This document shows, piece by piece, positions 34,867 to 44,530 of a DNA stretch of 64,000 nt; the first letter of the stretch is position 1; every line of letters starts with the position of its first letter. The stretch lies in NCBI GenBank assembly GCA_035530875.1, contig DATKUB010000057.1, positions 22,540 through 86,539 of the forward strand, written 5' to 3'. This DNA comes from Candidatus Nanopelagicaceae bacterium (lineage in GTDB: Bacteria > Actinomycetota > Actinomycetes > Nanopelagicales > Nanopelagicaceae). The notes beneath the pieces were generated by a model. The model saw only the letters and a program-made list of their open reading frames with translations. It ran no database searches and had not been told where the DNA came from. The position numbers and the translations under genes were made by a program.

Positions 34867-36570
34867 CTATAGTCTTCGCCACTCCTGGTTGATGTTCACA
34901 GCACTGCTCCACTGCCCAGTGATTTCAAAAAGTCGGGTGCCCGGATTTTCGAGCCAGTCGAGAATCCGTTCACATTCTTCGTATGTTGAATGCGGCAAAA
35001 TATTTTCGTTGCCAAGAACCACTTCAGCACTCATCACCAGCGCCTCGACCGTTGACTCCGTCTGGAACCCGGGCTTCGAAGTTGCACTGCCGGCTAGTCG
35101 ACCATAACGAACGCAGATGAAATCCCAGCCACCATCAACGGTCGGTTGTCCGGCTACGAGATGATCCACCTTTGTGAGCGAACGAATTCTGGATCCTCGT
35201 GAAACGCCCTTCTGCACTGCTGCAATCCGATCTCGGATCTCTGCGGCCTCTTCAAACCGTTCAGCGCCGCCAAGGGCGATCATCTTCGCCTCGAGTTGAG
35301 ACACCACGGGCGAGGGATCGGTGTTCATGAGATCTCTCGCTAGTTTCACGGTCAATTGGTACGAATCTACTGATTCCTCCCCAGTGCATGGAGCGCCGCA
35401 TCGTCCCATCTCAAAAAGGGCGCAAGCCGAAGCAGTCTGCTGTGATCGCTGATTGATTTTCTGAGTGCACTGGCGGATTGGCAATGCTTCGTGAAGAGCA
35501 AGAGCGGTGCTATCGGCTTCAACGCGACTTGTGAAGGGACCCATCCATCCGCGCTCGTCTTTAAGAGTCGCAGCGCTTCGCGTAACTGATAACCGCGGAT
35601 AGGACTCATCTGTAAAAGCCAGCCACACAACTCGATCTTGATGGCGAGACCTTCGGTTGTACGTTGGCTGATGTTCATTGATCAACCGCAATTCGCGGAC
35701 TTGAGCCTCAACACTCGTTGCGCATGGGATAGCGGTTATGGTCTCCACCAAATTGAGCATGTCCAAAATTCGTCGTCGTTGTTCGCTCGCGGTGAAATAG
35801 GAACGGACGCGCGAACGTAAGTGATTTGACGTTCCGACATAGAGCGCAGATCCGGAACGATCTCGGAAAATATAGACGCCAGGTCCACTCGGAATTCCAT
35901 CGGCCAGATGGCGCTTCGTTTTCTGAGCCGGAGTTGTTCGACTTGAAAAATCTCTTAGGTCCTCCAGGGTTGTGATCTTTAGATTCCCCAATCGTGCAAT
36001 GAGTGCGTGAAGGACCTCAACGGTCGCTCTCGCGTCGTCGAGGGCTCGATGGTTTGGCGATACCTCGGTGCGAAACAGTGCAGATAACGTGGATAGTTTG
36101 CAGTTCGGAGCCTCTTCTCTGGAGAGTATTTGCCGAGCCAACTTGGCGGTGTCCAGATGTGCAAAGCCCGGCCAAATCAGATCCATATCGCTTGCCGCAG
36201 CTTTCAGAAAGCCCAAATCGAAAGGAGCGTTGTGAGCAACCAACACCGTTGATTTCGGATCGCCACAGAACTCCATAAAAAAAGAAAGTGCCGAATTTAT
36301 ATGTGGAGCTTCGCGAACCATGTGATCAGTTATTCCAGTGAGCGTGGTGATGAAAGCAGGGATCGGATACCCCGGATTGACGAAGGTGCGAAATTCGCCG
36401 AGAACCTCGCCGCCACGAACTTTTACTGCTCCTATTTCAGTAATTCCTGCGCCTGCTTTAGGTGAGCCGCCCGTGGTCTCAAGGTCGACGACGACAAACG
36501 TCGTGTGCAGCAGGGGAGTGCCCAGATCTTCAAGGCTCAACTGATTCGACGGTTGCGGGTTCATCGACAC
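34867..36570 (-). CDS. DEDD (DnaQ-like) 3'-5' exonuclease fused to GIY-YIG/UvrC-like nuclease domain (Rv2191-like)
   Basis: The N-terminus FVVVDLETTG...AHNAPFDLGFL...HRALDDARA gives Exo I-III motifs. The middle GPGVYIFRDRSGSALYVGTSNHLRSRVRSY is a GIY-YIG motif. Confidence 0.8.
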   Translation of the reverse strand: MSMNPQPSNQLSLEDLGTPLLHTTFVVVDLETTGGSPKAGAGITEIGAVKVRGGEVLGEFRTFVNPGYPIPAFITTLTGITDHMVREAPHINSALSFFMEFCGDPKSTVLVAHNAPFDLGFLKAAASDMDLIWPGFAHLDTAKLARQILSREEAPNCKLSTLSALFRTEVSPNHRALDDARATVEVLHALIARLGNLKITTLEDLRDFSSRTTPAQKTKRHLADGIPSGPGVYIFRDRSGSALYVGTSNHLRSRVRSYFTASEQRRRILDMLNLVETITAIPCATSVEAQVRELRLINEHQPTYNRRSRHQDRVVWLAFTDESYPRLSVTRSAATLKDERGWMGPFTSRVEADSTALALHEALPIRQCTQKINQRSQQTASACALFEMGRCGAPCTGEESVDSYQLTVKLARDLMNTDPSPVVSQLEAKMIALGGAERFEEAAEIRDRIAAVQKGVSRGSRIRSLTKVDHLVAGQPTVDGGWDFICVRYGRLAGSATSKPGFQTESTVEALVMSAEVVLGNENILPHSTYEECERILDWLENPGTRLFEITGQWSSAVNINQEWRRL

Positions 36571-36579
36571 ATCTCAACA

Positions 36580-37032
36580 TTAGGGCGCATCGCCGACAGC
36601 AAGTTTCCCCCAACTCCTAATCTGCAATACGACACTCAGAATCGCGAAAAGAATCAGAAATATGATTATCGCAATGATCGCTAGGTAGATATTCCTAGGA
36701 GCATGGTGAGCGGAGGCGAGAACGTACACGTCAGGTGCGATAAAAGTTATTGCGGCCACCCAACTCCATTTACGTACCGCCTTCCACTCTCGCTTGACCA
36801 CGTTCACTACGATCCTTGCCGTGGCCAGGCCATAGGGCCATGAGGTAACGACGTCGATCACCAGGAAAACGGCTGCATTGACACCGTAACGTCCAAGGGT
36901 TCGCCAGACTAGGTAAGCAGCTCCGACGCTGTAGAGAACGAGCAGGCCGGCCCAGATTCGTTCCCAGAAGATTTCCCGGCTTGACTGAACATGGTTGGCT
37001 CCCGAATCGGAGTCGGCCATGTTGCTAAACAT
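36580..37032 (-). CDS. Hypothetical integral membrane protein (4 TM)
   Basis: 150 aa and hydrophobic. It lies 9 nt upstream of the exonuclease gene. No recognisable family. Confidence 0.45.
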   Translation of the reverse strand: MFSNMADSDSGANHVQSSREIFWERIWAGLLVLYSVGAAYLVWRTLGRYGVNAAVFLVIDVVTSWPYGLATARIVVNVVKREWKAVRKWSWVAAITFIAPDVYVLASAHHAPRNIYLAIIAIIIFLILFAILSVVLQIRSWGKLAVGDAP

Positions 37033-37157
37033 GCGTGCAGCGTAGCGGCGGGTGGGGATCGGTTCCCGGTTTGGAAAACATCGGCTACCCTTTCGGTCGC
37101 ACTGTAACTAGCTGTCCGGCATTAATTCCCCTGAAGTTAAGGCGTCCTTTGAATCAA

Positions 37158-37937
37158 GTGGATATTCCTGTTGGCATTGTCGAGCCGCTAAGCGATCGAG
37201 AGGGTAAGCGCCTGCGCAGGTTTGGGCTAGCAATTCACGCTCTAACGGCCAGCGGCGCCATTGCTGGGCTGCTTGGGCTCCAAGCGGTTATGGATGGGCA
37301 CATCAGGCAGGCACTGCTCTGGTTGATCGCCTGCCAGGTCCTTGATGGATTGGACGGACCGATCGCCCGCAAGGTAGATGTGGTAACCCATGCTCCGCAC
37401 ATTGACGGACACATCTTAGATCTCGTAGTCGATTACGTCGCTTGTGTAGTTGTGCCTGTCGCTTTCATGATCAGAACACACCTACTTCCACGAGGGTGGC
37501 AAATTTGGATTGCAGCGCTGATTATTTTCACTTCAGCGCTCTGGTTTGCCCGCAATGATCAGGAAACTTCAGATCATTGGTTCAACGGGTTTCCAGCCGC
37601 CTGGAATGTTGTTGTGCCAACCTTCTTAATCCTTGGAACTAGCCAACGAACTGCCGTCGTGATCTCCATCTTGTTGTGTGGCCTTCAGCTTACGACGGTG
37701 AATTTTCCGCATCTGATGCGGGTGCGTGCCTTGCGTGGATTAACAATGACAATTGCACTGATTTATTTAGCTGCGTTGACCTATCTTTCGGCTTCCTACC
37801 CGGACGGCAGCAAGTGGGCATATGTTGTCCTAATAGCAGCCCCAATATATCTTCTCTTTTTGGTGGTCTGGCGTACCTGGTTTCCAAACCACAAGTGTTT
37901 TGGAATGGGGCCGATCGGCCAGGAGTTACATCAATAG
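37158..37937 (+). CDS. CDP-alcohol phosphatidyltransferase, phosphatidylcholine synthase (Pcs)-like
   Basis: ORF 37035..37937; the start is uncertain (GTG 37158 proposed). It has the DGLDGPIARK-x12-G-x3-D-x3-D signature. The N-terminal AIHALTASGAIAGLLGL resembles the Pcs HxxTASG motif. Confidence 0.65.
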   Translation: MDIPVGIVEPLSDREGKRLRRFGLAIHALTASGAIAGLLGLQAVMDGHIRQALLWLIACQVLDGLDGPIARKVDVVTHAPHIDGHILDLVVDYVACVVVPVAFMIRTHLLPRGWQIWIAALIIFTSALWFARNDQETSDHWFNGFPAAWNVVVPTFLILGTSQRTAVVISILLCGLQLTTVNFPHLMRVRALRGLTMTIALIYLAALTYLSASYPDGSKWAYVVLIAAPIYLLFLVVWRTWFPNHKCFGMGPIGQELHQ

Positions 37938-39679
37938 ACGAATTGTCCTTGACAGGGATTTACCGGCTTTGGCTTTGGTTTTGGCGACGGCTTAGGCGTT
38001 GGTTTTGGGGTTGGAGTTGGGGTGCCAGTCGGTGTCGGGGTGCCCGTGGGTGTCGGGGTAGGTGTTGGGATCGGCTTGACTCCTTGGGTTAGAACAAAAC
38101 TCACGGGGGCGCTCGAGGGGGCGTGAACCCCGGTCGGATCTGCGAAGTCAACGGTTGCGTTCCAGCTTCCGGCTGGCAACCCACTTATAGATACATTCCA
38201 AGTGCCGCTGGCAATGCGTGTGGCGGTCTGGGTTAATATGAGTTGCGACAAGGGCGGCTGATCTGCCGTTGGAATTACCTTGATTTTGACACCACCGGTA
38301 ACAACCGGAGTTCCTGTGATTCGTAAGACGTCGATCCTCATAGTCACTGGAGAGTCTGTACTACTGGATACGAGTTGACTGATATTGACCGTATCGGGTT
38401 CATTGATGGGTAGGTAGTCACCAGGCTGGGGAGTCCAGGTTCCTTTAGTCAGCGCGAGGAAGGCATTGGCATCGCCACGGAATACGCTTAGGTCCACCCT
38501 AGAACTCAGGACACCGTATTTGTTACCGATCCCGCACGATGTAAATTGCCACATTGCCCACTGTGCAGTGCAATCACTCTGAGTCCAAGGTGTTGTATAG
38601 CAACCGAAAGTACGTTGACCTGGGTTTGCAAGTGGGTCGTATGGATTAACGCCGTAATGTGCGATCCAAAGTGGGAAGTTTCTAAATGCCGTGTTCTTAG
38701 CGAGAGCCCGTTCTAAAAAGGTCGGGTAGGAGTACACGATAGGCGCCCGTCCGGTGCGCTCTTGCATCGTCGTAAGCCAGGTGAGAGCGAACAGAGTGAT
38801 ATTTGCTGCCGTGGCATATTTTATGCACGAATGTTTGGTGTTGTAGCGGATGCAGTTGTTCTCCATATCCAGGGCATACGGAAGATCGTGTGAGCTATAC
38901 CCGCCAACACTAGCCAAGCGCCAAATGGCCTTCTCTGCTTGCGCCTTGGCTTCGGTAATGACAGCCGCGGGATCCTTTGTATCTGGAAGATAGGCGTAGT
39001 GGTAAAAGCCTGTGTACAGTCCTGCGGCTTGTGCCGCGAGGCGATCGAACGGCGCATATTTCGCGGCGCTGGCATCGGCTGCATCATGTGCATCGGACGC
39101 TTTGATCATGACGAACCGCGTTCCAGCCGCGTACATTTTCGCGAAATCTATTGGCGTGTTCCCGTTATGTTGCCACTGGCTTATGTCTGCGCCCAGAATT
39201 CGTTTCGCCGGTCCCGATCCTTGGACAAGGGATAAGTCAGCAGCTTTAGGCGAAGTTAACTTGATATGACGTGCTGGTGAGAAAGCCTTCCTCGCGTTGA
39301 TAACTGCGACCGCGCGGTACGACATCTTGGCCGTAATGTTGGCCACTGTCTGTTGAATCGACCAGGTTCCCGCTGGAGTGGTCTTGGCTGTCAGCTTTGA
39401 GTCGACCCATTTTCCTGCATATTTAGATTGAACCGTCACCACAACCCGAGCCCTAGCTGGAACCACCGTGCCATAGAGAGCCACCACTGTTGAACCCTCG
39501 CTCGGGGTCTGTTTGATGGAAAGCGACAATCGTGGCGCCCGCCTGCTCGGACTCTTCTTTGACTTTGAAACCGATTTCTTTGGTACTGAGTGAACCTTCG
39601 AAGCGGCCTGGGTGCTTGGTGCAGATAGCAACACTAAGCAGGCCACCAGCCCAAGAGCGGTAACTGCCTTGCGCCGCAT
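37931..39679 (-). CDS. Secreted GH25 muramidase (lysozyme) with Ig-like flanking domains and Pro/Thr/Lys-rich tail
   Basis: ORF 37931..39706 with an ATG at 39679 giving the signal peptide MRRKAVTALGLVACLVLLSAPSTQA. ILGADISQWQHNGNTPIDFAKMYAAGTRFVMIKASD is the GH25 N-terminal motif. The tail reads PTPTPTPTGTPTPTG...PKPKPKP. Confidence 0.8.
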   Translation of the reverse strand: MRRKAVTALGLVACLVLLSAPSTQAASKVHSVPKKSVSKSKKSPSRRAPRLSLSIKQTPSEGSTVVALYGTVVPARARVVVTVQSKYAGKWVDSKLTAKTTPAGTWSIQQTVANITAKMSYRAVAVINARKAFSPARHIKLTSPKAADLSLVQGSGPAKRILGADISQWQHNGNTPIDFAKMYAAGTRFVMIKASDAHDAADASAAKYAPFDRLAAQAAGLYTGFYHYAYLPDTKDPAAVITEAKAQAEKAIWRLASVGGYSSHDLPYALDMENNCIRYNTKHSCIKYATAANITLFALTWLTTMQERTGRAPIVYSYPTFLERALAKNTAFRNFPLWIAHYGVNPYDPLANPGQRTFGCYTTPWTQSDCTAQWAMWQFTSCGIGNKYGVLSSRVDLSVFRGDANAFLALTKGTWTPQPGDYLPINEPDTVNISQLVSSSTDSPVTMRIDVLRITGTPVVTGGVKIKVIPTADQPPLSQLILTQTATRIASGTWNVSISGLPAGSWNATVDFADPTGVHAPSSAPVSFVLTQGVKPIPTPTPTPTGTPTPTGTPTPTPKPTPKPSPKPKPKPVNPCQGQFVY

Positions 39680-39905
39680 TGAGTTCCAATCCTTAGTGAC
39701 AGTCAAACTGACTTACGAAACTGTCTTGCGAACAATTTAATTTTACAGTTTCAGTATGTCAGCGATGCGCAAGGCACATTCGGGGGAACTCTGTGGGTAT
39801 TCGCAGCATTTTCTACACCCTGACGACCAGGTGTTATTTGATGTTCGCCCTGCTGGCGACAGCGAGGGAATCCAAATTCTCAGTCGTTACAGATAACCTC
39901 GACCA

Positions 39906-40733
39906 GTGAAAATTGCTAAAGCTCAAATTCGGGCAGTGAGTGCCTTAATCCCTATTGCGCTCATTGCATTGCTTGCGTCCTGTACCTCTAGTTCGATTGG
40001 TTCTGCTAGCGGCGCCGCTGCAGCCGTTACGAATGGCGGTGCCACATCTTCGGCGGATGGTAAAGGGACTGAGTTTGATTTAGCAGTGCGCAACAACGCC
40101 GACAGCATTCCACTGATTGATCAAAATGGTGCGCAAACATCCCTAGGCGCTCTCAAGGGCAAGTATTTGGTCATCGCCCCATTCCTGACCACGTGCCAAG
40201 AGATTTGCCCTATGGTCAGTGCTAATTTCGGCCGTCTTTCAAGGGCGGTATCTAAAGCTGGACTGAATGACAAGATTGCGTTAGTTGAATTGAGTGTAGA
40301 TCCTGCTACGGATACGCCGGCGCGTCTCTTGGCTTACCAGAAGATTTTTGGGGCGGAACCAAACTGGAGTTTTTATACAGGCAGACCGGCCGATGTTTCG
40401 AAAGTTCTCGCAGCTTTAGGCATCGCATTCGAAACGAGGATGTTGACCAAGAGCGAGATCAAATCTGGCACTCCTGATTGGCAGACCGGAAAAGTGGTGA
40501 ATCATGATGTGAGCCATCAAGACGTGGTCATCATTATTGGACCGGACGGCCATGAAAAATGGCTTGAAGAAGGAATTGCGAACACCGAAGGTCGGTCAAT
40601 TCCAAAAAGGCTAAATAAGTATCTGAGCTCTCAGGGTCAACACAACCTTGCCTCCCCCGATCCCATGGGGAGTTGGGCTGTTGGAGATGTTCTTCAGAAA
40701 CTCAGCAAGTTTGGTGGCTTCAAGTTCGCCTAA
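39906..40733 (+). CDS. SCO1/SenC-family copper chaperone lipoprotein
   Basis: Lipobox LLASC and a thioredoxin-like fold with the CQEICPM (CxxxC) motif. It lies near the cta/qcr genes. Confidence 0.8.
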   Translation: MKIAKAQIRAVSALIPIALIALLASCTSSSIGSASGAAAAVTNGGATSSADGKGTEFDLAVRNNADSIPLIDQNGAQTSLGALKGKYLVIAPFLTTCQEICPMVSANFGRLSRAVSKAGLNDKIALVELSVDPATDTPARLLAYQKIFGAEPNWSFYTGRPADVSKVLAALGIAFETRMLTKSEIKSGTPDWQTGKVVNHDVSHQDVVIIIGPDGHEKWLEEGIANTEGRSIPKRLNKYLSSQGQHNLASPDPMGSWAVGDVLQKLSKFGGFKFA

Positions 40734-40796
40734 TCTCGATGTACTCCACGTGTCAGTACTCGCCCATACCATCCAAATAACCGGAGGGAATGGCAA

Positions 40797-40973
40797 ATGA
40801 TTATTGACTGCGAGCGATGTGTGATCCGCCTCACTGGTCGTCACCACGAATGTGAAGACTGCGTGGTCACTTTCTTGCTGACGCCCGATTCGCTAACTGA
40901 GGCTGAAGAGCAGGCCCTGGCCGCGCTTTCCAGTGGCGGTCTGGTGCCGCCCCTGCGCCTAGAAGTTGTCTAA
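40797..40973 (+). CDS. Unannotated 58-aa four-cysteine (CxxC-x10-CxxC) small protein
   Basis: Below the 60-aa ORF-track cutoff. GGAGGG lies 8 nt upstream of the ATG at 40797. The sequence is MIIDCERCVIRLTGRHHECEDCVVTFLLTPDSLTEAEEQALAALSSGGLVPPLRLEVV, ending at TAA 40971-40973. Confidence 0.5.
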   Translation: MIIDCERCVIRLTGRHHECEDCVVTFLLTPDSLTEAEEQALAALSSGGLVPPLRLEVV

Positions 40974-41056
40974 AGGCTGACTTGAAGGCTGAGAATATTA
41001 GGTTGGAACCGTCTGTCAGGTTGTAAAGGCTTGACTCCCGCAGTTAGCCTGCCTCA

Positions 41057-42070
41057 ATGTCCCTGCGCGGTTTGAGGCTTGCGCTGCCCCTAGCGGTAGC
41101 GCTGATGGTCACCCTTTTTGTGGCTCCTGGCTCCGCGCTGGCCTCACCCAATACCTCCGTGTCGGCAGTTCAGGCTCAGGTTGATCGACTACAGACAGAG
41201 GCAGCTGCGGCAGCTGAGGCTGCAAATGGGGCAAGGGTGAGGCTATCTGCCTTGCAACACACCCTGGCTGGTGTTCAGGGCCAGCGCGCAAAGGAAGGCG
41301 CCGCTCTCGGGGCGCTGAAAAATAACCTGGGCCAGATTGCCGCAAACGCATATAAAGACAACGGCCTTGGCCCTGGAATCCAATTGCTTTTCGCCAAGAA
41401 TCCGACCGAGTATCTGGCAAGTGCCAGCCAGTTGGAGGCGGTGACCAAGTCTCAATCTGTTCAGCTTCGTAAATTTGCCGCGTCGGAGCAGCACTTTCAT
41501 CAGACCTCACTGGTGGTCGGTGACCGAGTCAAATTGGTGCGAGCAACGCAGAAAGAATTAGCCGCCTCATCTGCGTTGGCGCAATCCAAATTGGCCGACG
41601 TGGAACGGCTGCTCAATTCTCTCAAGGCCTCGGAGCGGAAAAAATACTTGGCAGCCCAGGCCGCGAGAGCTAGAAGTTCTAAGAAGAGTTCGTTGAAATC
41701 CGCCAAGTTAGCAACCCGAGTTTCTGGCCGAGGCGGAATCGCATTGAGGTTCGCATTGCAGCAAATTGGCAAGCCATACATTTTTGGTGCTGCCGGGCCG
41801 AGGGCATGGGACTGCTCTGGCCTGACAATGATGGCGTATGCACATGCTGGCGTTTCCTTGCCGCACTCCTCGCAGGCGCAGATCCACTATGGTCGACGAG
41901 TCTCGCTCGGGAATCTTCAACCCGGCGACTTAGTATTCTTCTTCCGTGGCATCAGCCACGTCGGAATCTATCTTGGCCATGGTTTAATAGTTGATGCCCC
42001 ACATCCTGGCCGCAATGTTCAAGTGGATCGACTCAATTACATGCCTTTCGCCGGCGCTGTCCGCCTTTGA
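41057..42070 (+). CDS. NlpC/P60 peptidoglycan endopeptidase with N-terminal coiled-coil (RipC-like)
   Basis: Signal peptide and a long Ala/Gln-rich coiled-coil. C-terminal GKPYIFGAAGPRAWDCSGLTMMAYAHAG...HVGIYLG gives the catalytic Cys/His. Confidence 0.85.
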   Translation: MSLRGLRLALPLAVALMVTLFVAPGSALASPNTSVSAVQAQVDRLQTEAAAAAEAANGARVRLSALQHTLAGVQGQRAKEGAALGALKNNLGQIAANAYKDNGLGPGIQLLFAKNPTEYLASASQLEAVTKSQSVQLRKFAASEQHFHQTSLVVGDRVKLVRATQKELAASSALAQSKLADVERLLNSLKASERKKYLAAQAARARSSKKSSLKSAKLATRVSGRGGIALRFALQQIGKPYIFGAAGPRAWDCSGLTMMAYAHAGVSLPHSSQAQIHYGRRVSLGNLQPGDLVFFFRGISHVGIYLGHGLIVDAPHPGRNVQVDRLNYMPFAGAVRL

Positions 42071-42078
42071 TCAGTGCT

Positions 42079-43377
42079 ATGTCAAACAGGTCTTGGTTGA
42101 TTCTTAGCATCTCAGTACTCGCTCTGGTCTTGGCCGTGCTCGTCGGTCTGTTCACTCCATGGCATGTTCTGTCAGTTCCCATCCATCCCCTTCCCGCGAG
42201 CAGCGATTTTGCCCAAGCTGAGATTTCCAAAGCCAAGGCGTTTCACTCGGCGCTAATTCCCTGGGGTGTTGGCTCTTGGGCTCTCGGATTTGTTCTGGCA
42301 GGTCTAGTCGGCTTCACAAATCTTGGTGCGAAATTCATAAACCTGTTGCCAGGGTCATTTTTCTTAAGAGCATTTGTGGGCGTGATCGCCATCGAACTTG
42401 CGTTCAACCTGGTGGCATTGCCCTTGGACATAAAACGTGAGGAAGTGTTTCGAACTTACGGACTATCCACTCAGAATTGGCGAGGGTGGTTCTCAGATCG
42501 ACTCCAACATTTCGCACTCAACGCTCCGCTCATGGCTCTAGCCTTGGCATCGCTGGTTATCTGCGCCCGATTGTTTGGCTCTCGCTGGTGGATAGTTGGT
42601 GGTGCTGCTACCGCACTTCTCGTTATCGCACTCTCATTTGGATACCCGGTTCTTGTTGAACCCCTATTCAATAAGTTCACTCCGATGGCGCCATCTCCGC
42701 TCCGCCAGGAGCTCATTACAATGGCCGCTAGAGACGGCGTACCTGTTCGCCAAATTTTGGTTGCTGATGCCTCGCGGCGGACTACTGCACTTAATGCCTA
42801 CGTATCTGGATTTGGGGCGTCACGCCGGATCGTGCTCTATGACGTTCTACTGGCCAATGCCAGCCCCGAGGAAGTAAAACTTGTGGTTGCGCATGAATTG
42901 GGTCATGCCAAGGCGAATGATGTGGGTAGGTTCACCTTAATTGGTGCACTTTCAGCTGCGATTGGCGTTCTGGCAATTGGGCTCCTTGTTCAATGGAAAC
43001 CCTTGCTTGATCGGGCTGGACTGCCGGCCAGCCTTAATCCGCTGGCTGATCCAAGGAGCGTCGCACTTGTACTTGCGTTGATAACAGTACTGACCTTGGT
43101 GCAACAGCCAGTATCTGCACTGCTGTCAAGAAATATTGAAGCGCGAGCCGATGTCCACGCGCTCAATTTAACGCAAGATCCAGAAGCTTTTGTGAATATG
43201 CAGCGGAGTCTTGCGATCTCCAACCTATCTGATCCAAGTCCCTCCCGATTTGCCTTCTGGTTCTTTGACAATCACCCGACTCCGCCGCAGCGCATTGCGA
43301 TTGCTCGGAGTTTCGCCAAGTTGAACCACCTACAGGTGCCACCCACTTTGCGAAATGGGCCGTCCGATAATGGATAG
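42079..43377 (+). CDS. M48-family (Ste24/HtpX-like) membrane zinc metalloprotease
   Basis: Multi-TM N-terminus, HELGHAKAND (HExxH) and a downstream EARAD motif. ORF 42067..43377 with an ATG at 42079. Confidence 0.8.
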   Translation: MSNRSWLILSISVLALVLAVLVGLFTPWHVLSVPIHPLPASSDFAQAEISKAKAFHSALIPWGVGSWALGFVLAGLVGFTNLGAKFINLLPGSFFLRAFVGVIAIELAFNLVALPLDIKREEVFRTYGLSTQNWRGWFSDRLQHFALNAPLMALALASLVICARLFGSRWWIVGGAATALLVIALSFGYPVLVEPLFNKFTPMAPSPLRQELITMAARDGVPVRQILVADASRRTTALNAYVSGFGASRRIVLYDVLLANASPEEVKLVVAHELGHAKANDVGRFTLIGALSAAIGVLAIGLLVQWKPLLDRAGLPASLNPLADPRSVALVLALITVLTLVQQPVSALLSRNIEARADVHALNLTQDPEAFVNMQRSLAISNLSDPSPSRFAFWFFDNHPTPPQRIAIARSFAKLNHLQVPPTLRNGPSDNG

Positions 43378-43386
43378 GGTCGCTTG

Positions 43387-44529
43387 ATGACGCGCACTCT
43401 GGTCGTGACAAATGATTTTGGGCCGCGGACCGGTGGCATCGAGTCCTTTGTTAACGCCTTGGTTGAGCGAGCTCCTCGAGACAGCATCGTTGTTCACGCT
43501 GGCAGGCAGGAGGGCGACGAGGAATACGACGAGGATCTTCGCGCACGTACTGGCGTTCAAGTGATTCGTGACCCCATGCGGATGCTCCTTCCATCTCCCG
43601 GATTGGCCAGCCGCACTGCAAAGACGGCACGTGACTTCGAATGCACTTCCGTCTGGTTTGGCGCTGCTGCGCCACTGGGTCTGCTCACCCCCACCTTGCG
43701 TAGAGTCGGAATAACGCGGGCGGTTGCAACGACACATGGACATGAGGTCTGGTGGGCAAGAACCCCAGTCACTCGTCAACTGCTCCACCGAGTGGGTGAA
43801 GTGACCGATGTTGTCACGTACTTGGGCGAATACACGCGCTCTCGAGTTGGAATGGCGCTTTCCCCGAGTGCGCGGATGCGAATGGCCCAGCTTACGCCGG
43901 GCGTGGATGAGAAGTTCTTCCGCCCAAATCTTGAGGTCGAAGCATTGCGCCAGAGTCTTGATATGAAAGATCGTCGACTGATCATGACAGTTGGTCGGCT
44001 AGTGCCACGAAAAGGTCAAGACCGGCTAATTGAGGCGCTGCCAGAAATTAGAAAGCGGATAAGCGATGTCGGCTTAGTAGTGGTTGGAGAAGGGCCATAC
44101 CGAACGAGGTTAGAAGCCAAAGTGCGCGACCTAAATTTGTCCGATCATGTTCGAATGGTGGGGCGGGTTCCGCTGGCCGAATTACCAACGTATCTAAACG
44201 CAGCGCAAGTGTTTGCGATGCCCTCTCGGAGCCGGCTGGGCGGTCTGGAAGTTGAAGGACTTGGAATCGTCTATCTTGAAGCCAGTGCTTGTGCCATCCC
44301 GGTAATAGCGGGCAATTCTGGCGGCGCACCAGATGCTGTTCGCGAAGGAATAACTGGGTTTGTCGTAGATGGGCGTGACAGGGGCGACCTTGTAGATCGG
44401 ATTGTGACCATTCTTGGAGATGAAGCGTTAGCTAGTCGGATGGGTGCCGCCGGCAGAGAGTTTGTTCTTAGCAATTGGCGTTGGGACGATATTGTTAAAC
44501 GCCATCAGTTGCTACTTCACTCGGAGTAG
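43387..44529 (+). CDS. GT4-family glycosyltransferase (PimB'-like mannosyltransferase)
   Basis: TNDFGPRTGGIESFV N-terminus and a C-terminal EGLGIVYLEASACAIPVIAGNSGGAPDAV (EX7E) motif. The position is equivalent to Rv2188c. Confidence 0.8.
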   Translation: MTRTLVVTNDFGPRTGGIESFVNALVERAPRDSIVVHAGRQEGDEEYDEDLRARTGVQVIRDPMRMLLPSPGLASRTAKTARDFECTSVWFGAAAPLGLLTPTLRRVGITRAVATTHGHEVWWARTPVTRQLLHRVGEVTDVVTYLGEYTRSRVGMALSPSARMRMAQLTPGVDEKFFRPNLEVEALRQSLDMKDRRLIMTVGRLVPRKGQDRLIEALPEIRKRISDVGLVVVGEGPYRTRLEAKVRDLNLSDHVRMVGRVPLAELPTYLNAAQVFAMPSRSRLGGLEVEGLGIVYLEASACAIPVIAGNSGGAPDAVREGITGFVVDGRDRGDLVDRIVTILGDEALASRMGAAGREFVLSNWRWDDIVKRHQLLLHSE

Positions 44530-44530
44530 T

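Noticed and set aside
40974-41056. A cyclic-di-AMP (ydaO-type) riboswitch upstream of the NlpC/P60 gene, as seen before some actinobacterial cell-wall hydrolase genes.
   Set aside because: The intergenic region is only about 83 nt, too short for the element, and no pseudo-two-fold conserved cores were recognisable. The GH25 leader (39680-39905) showed no convincing motif either.
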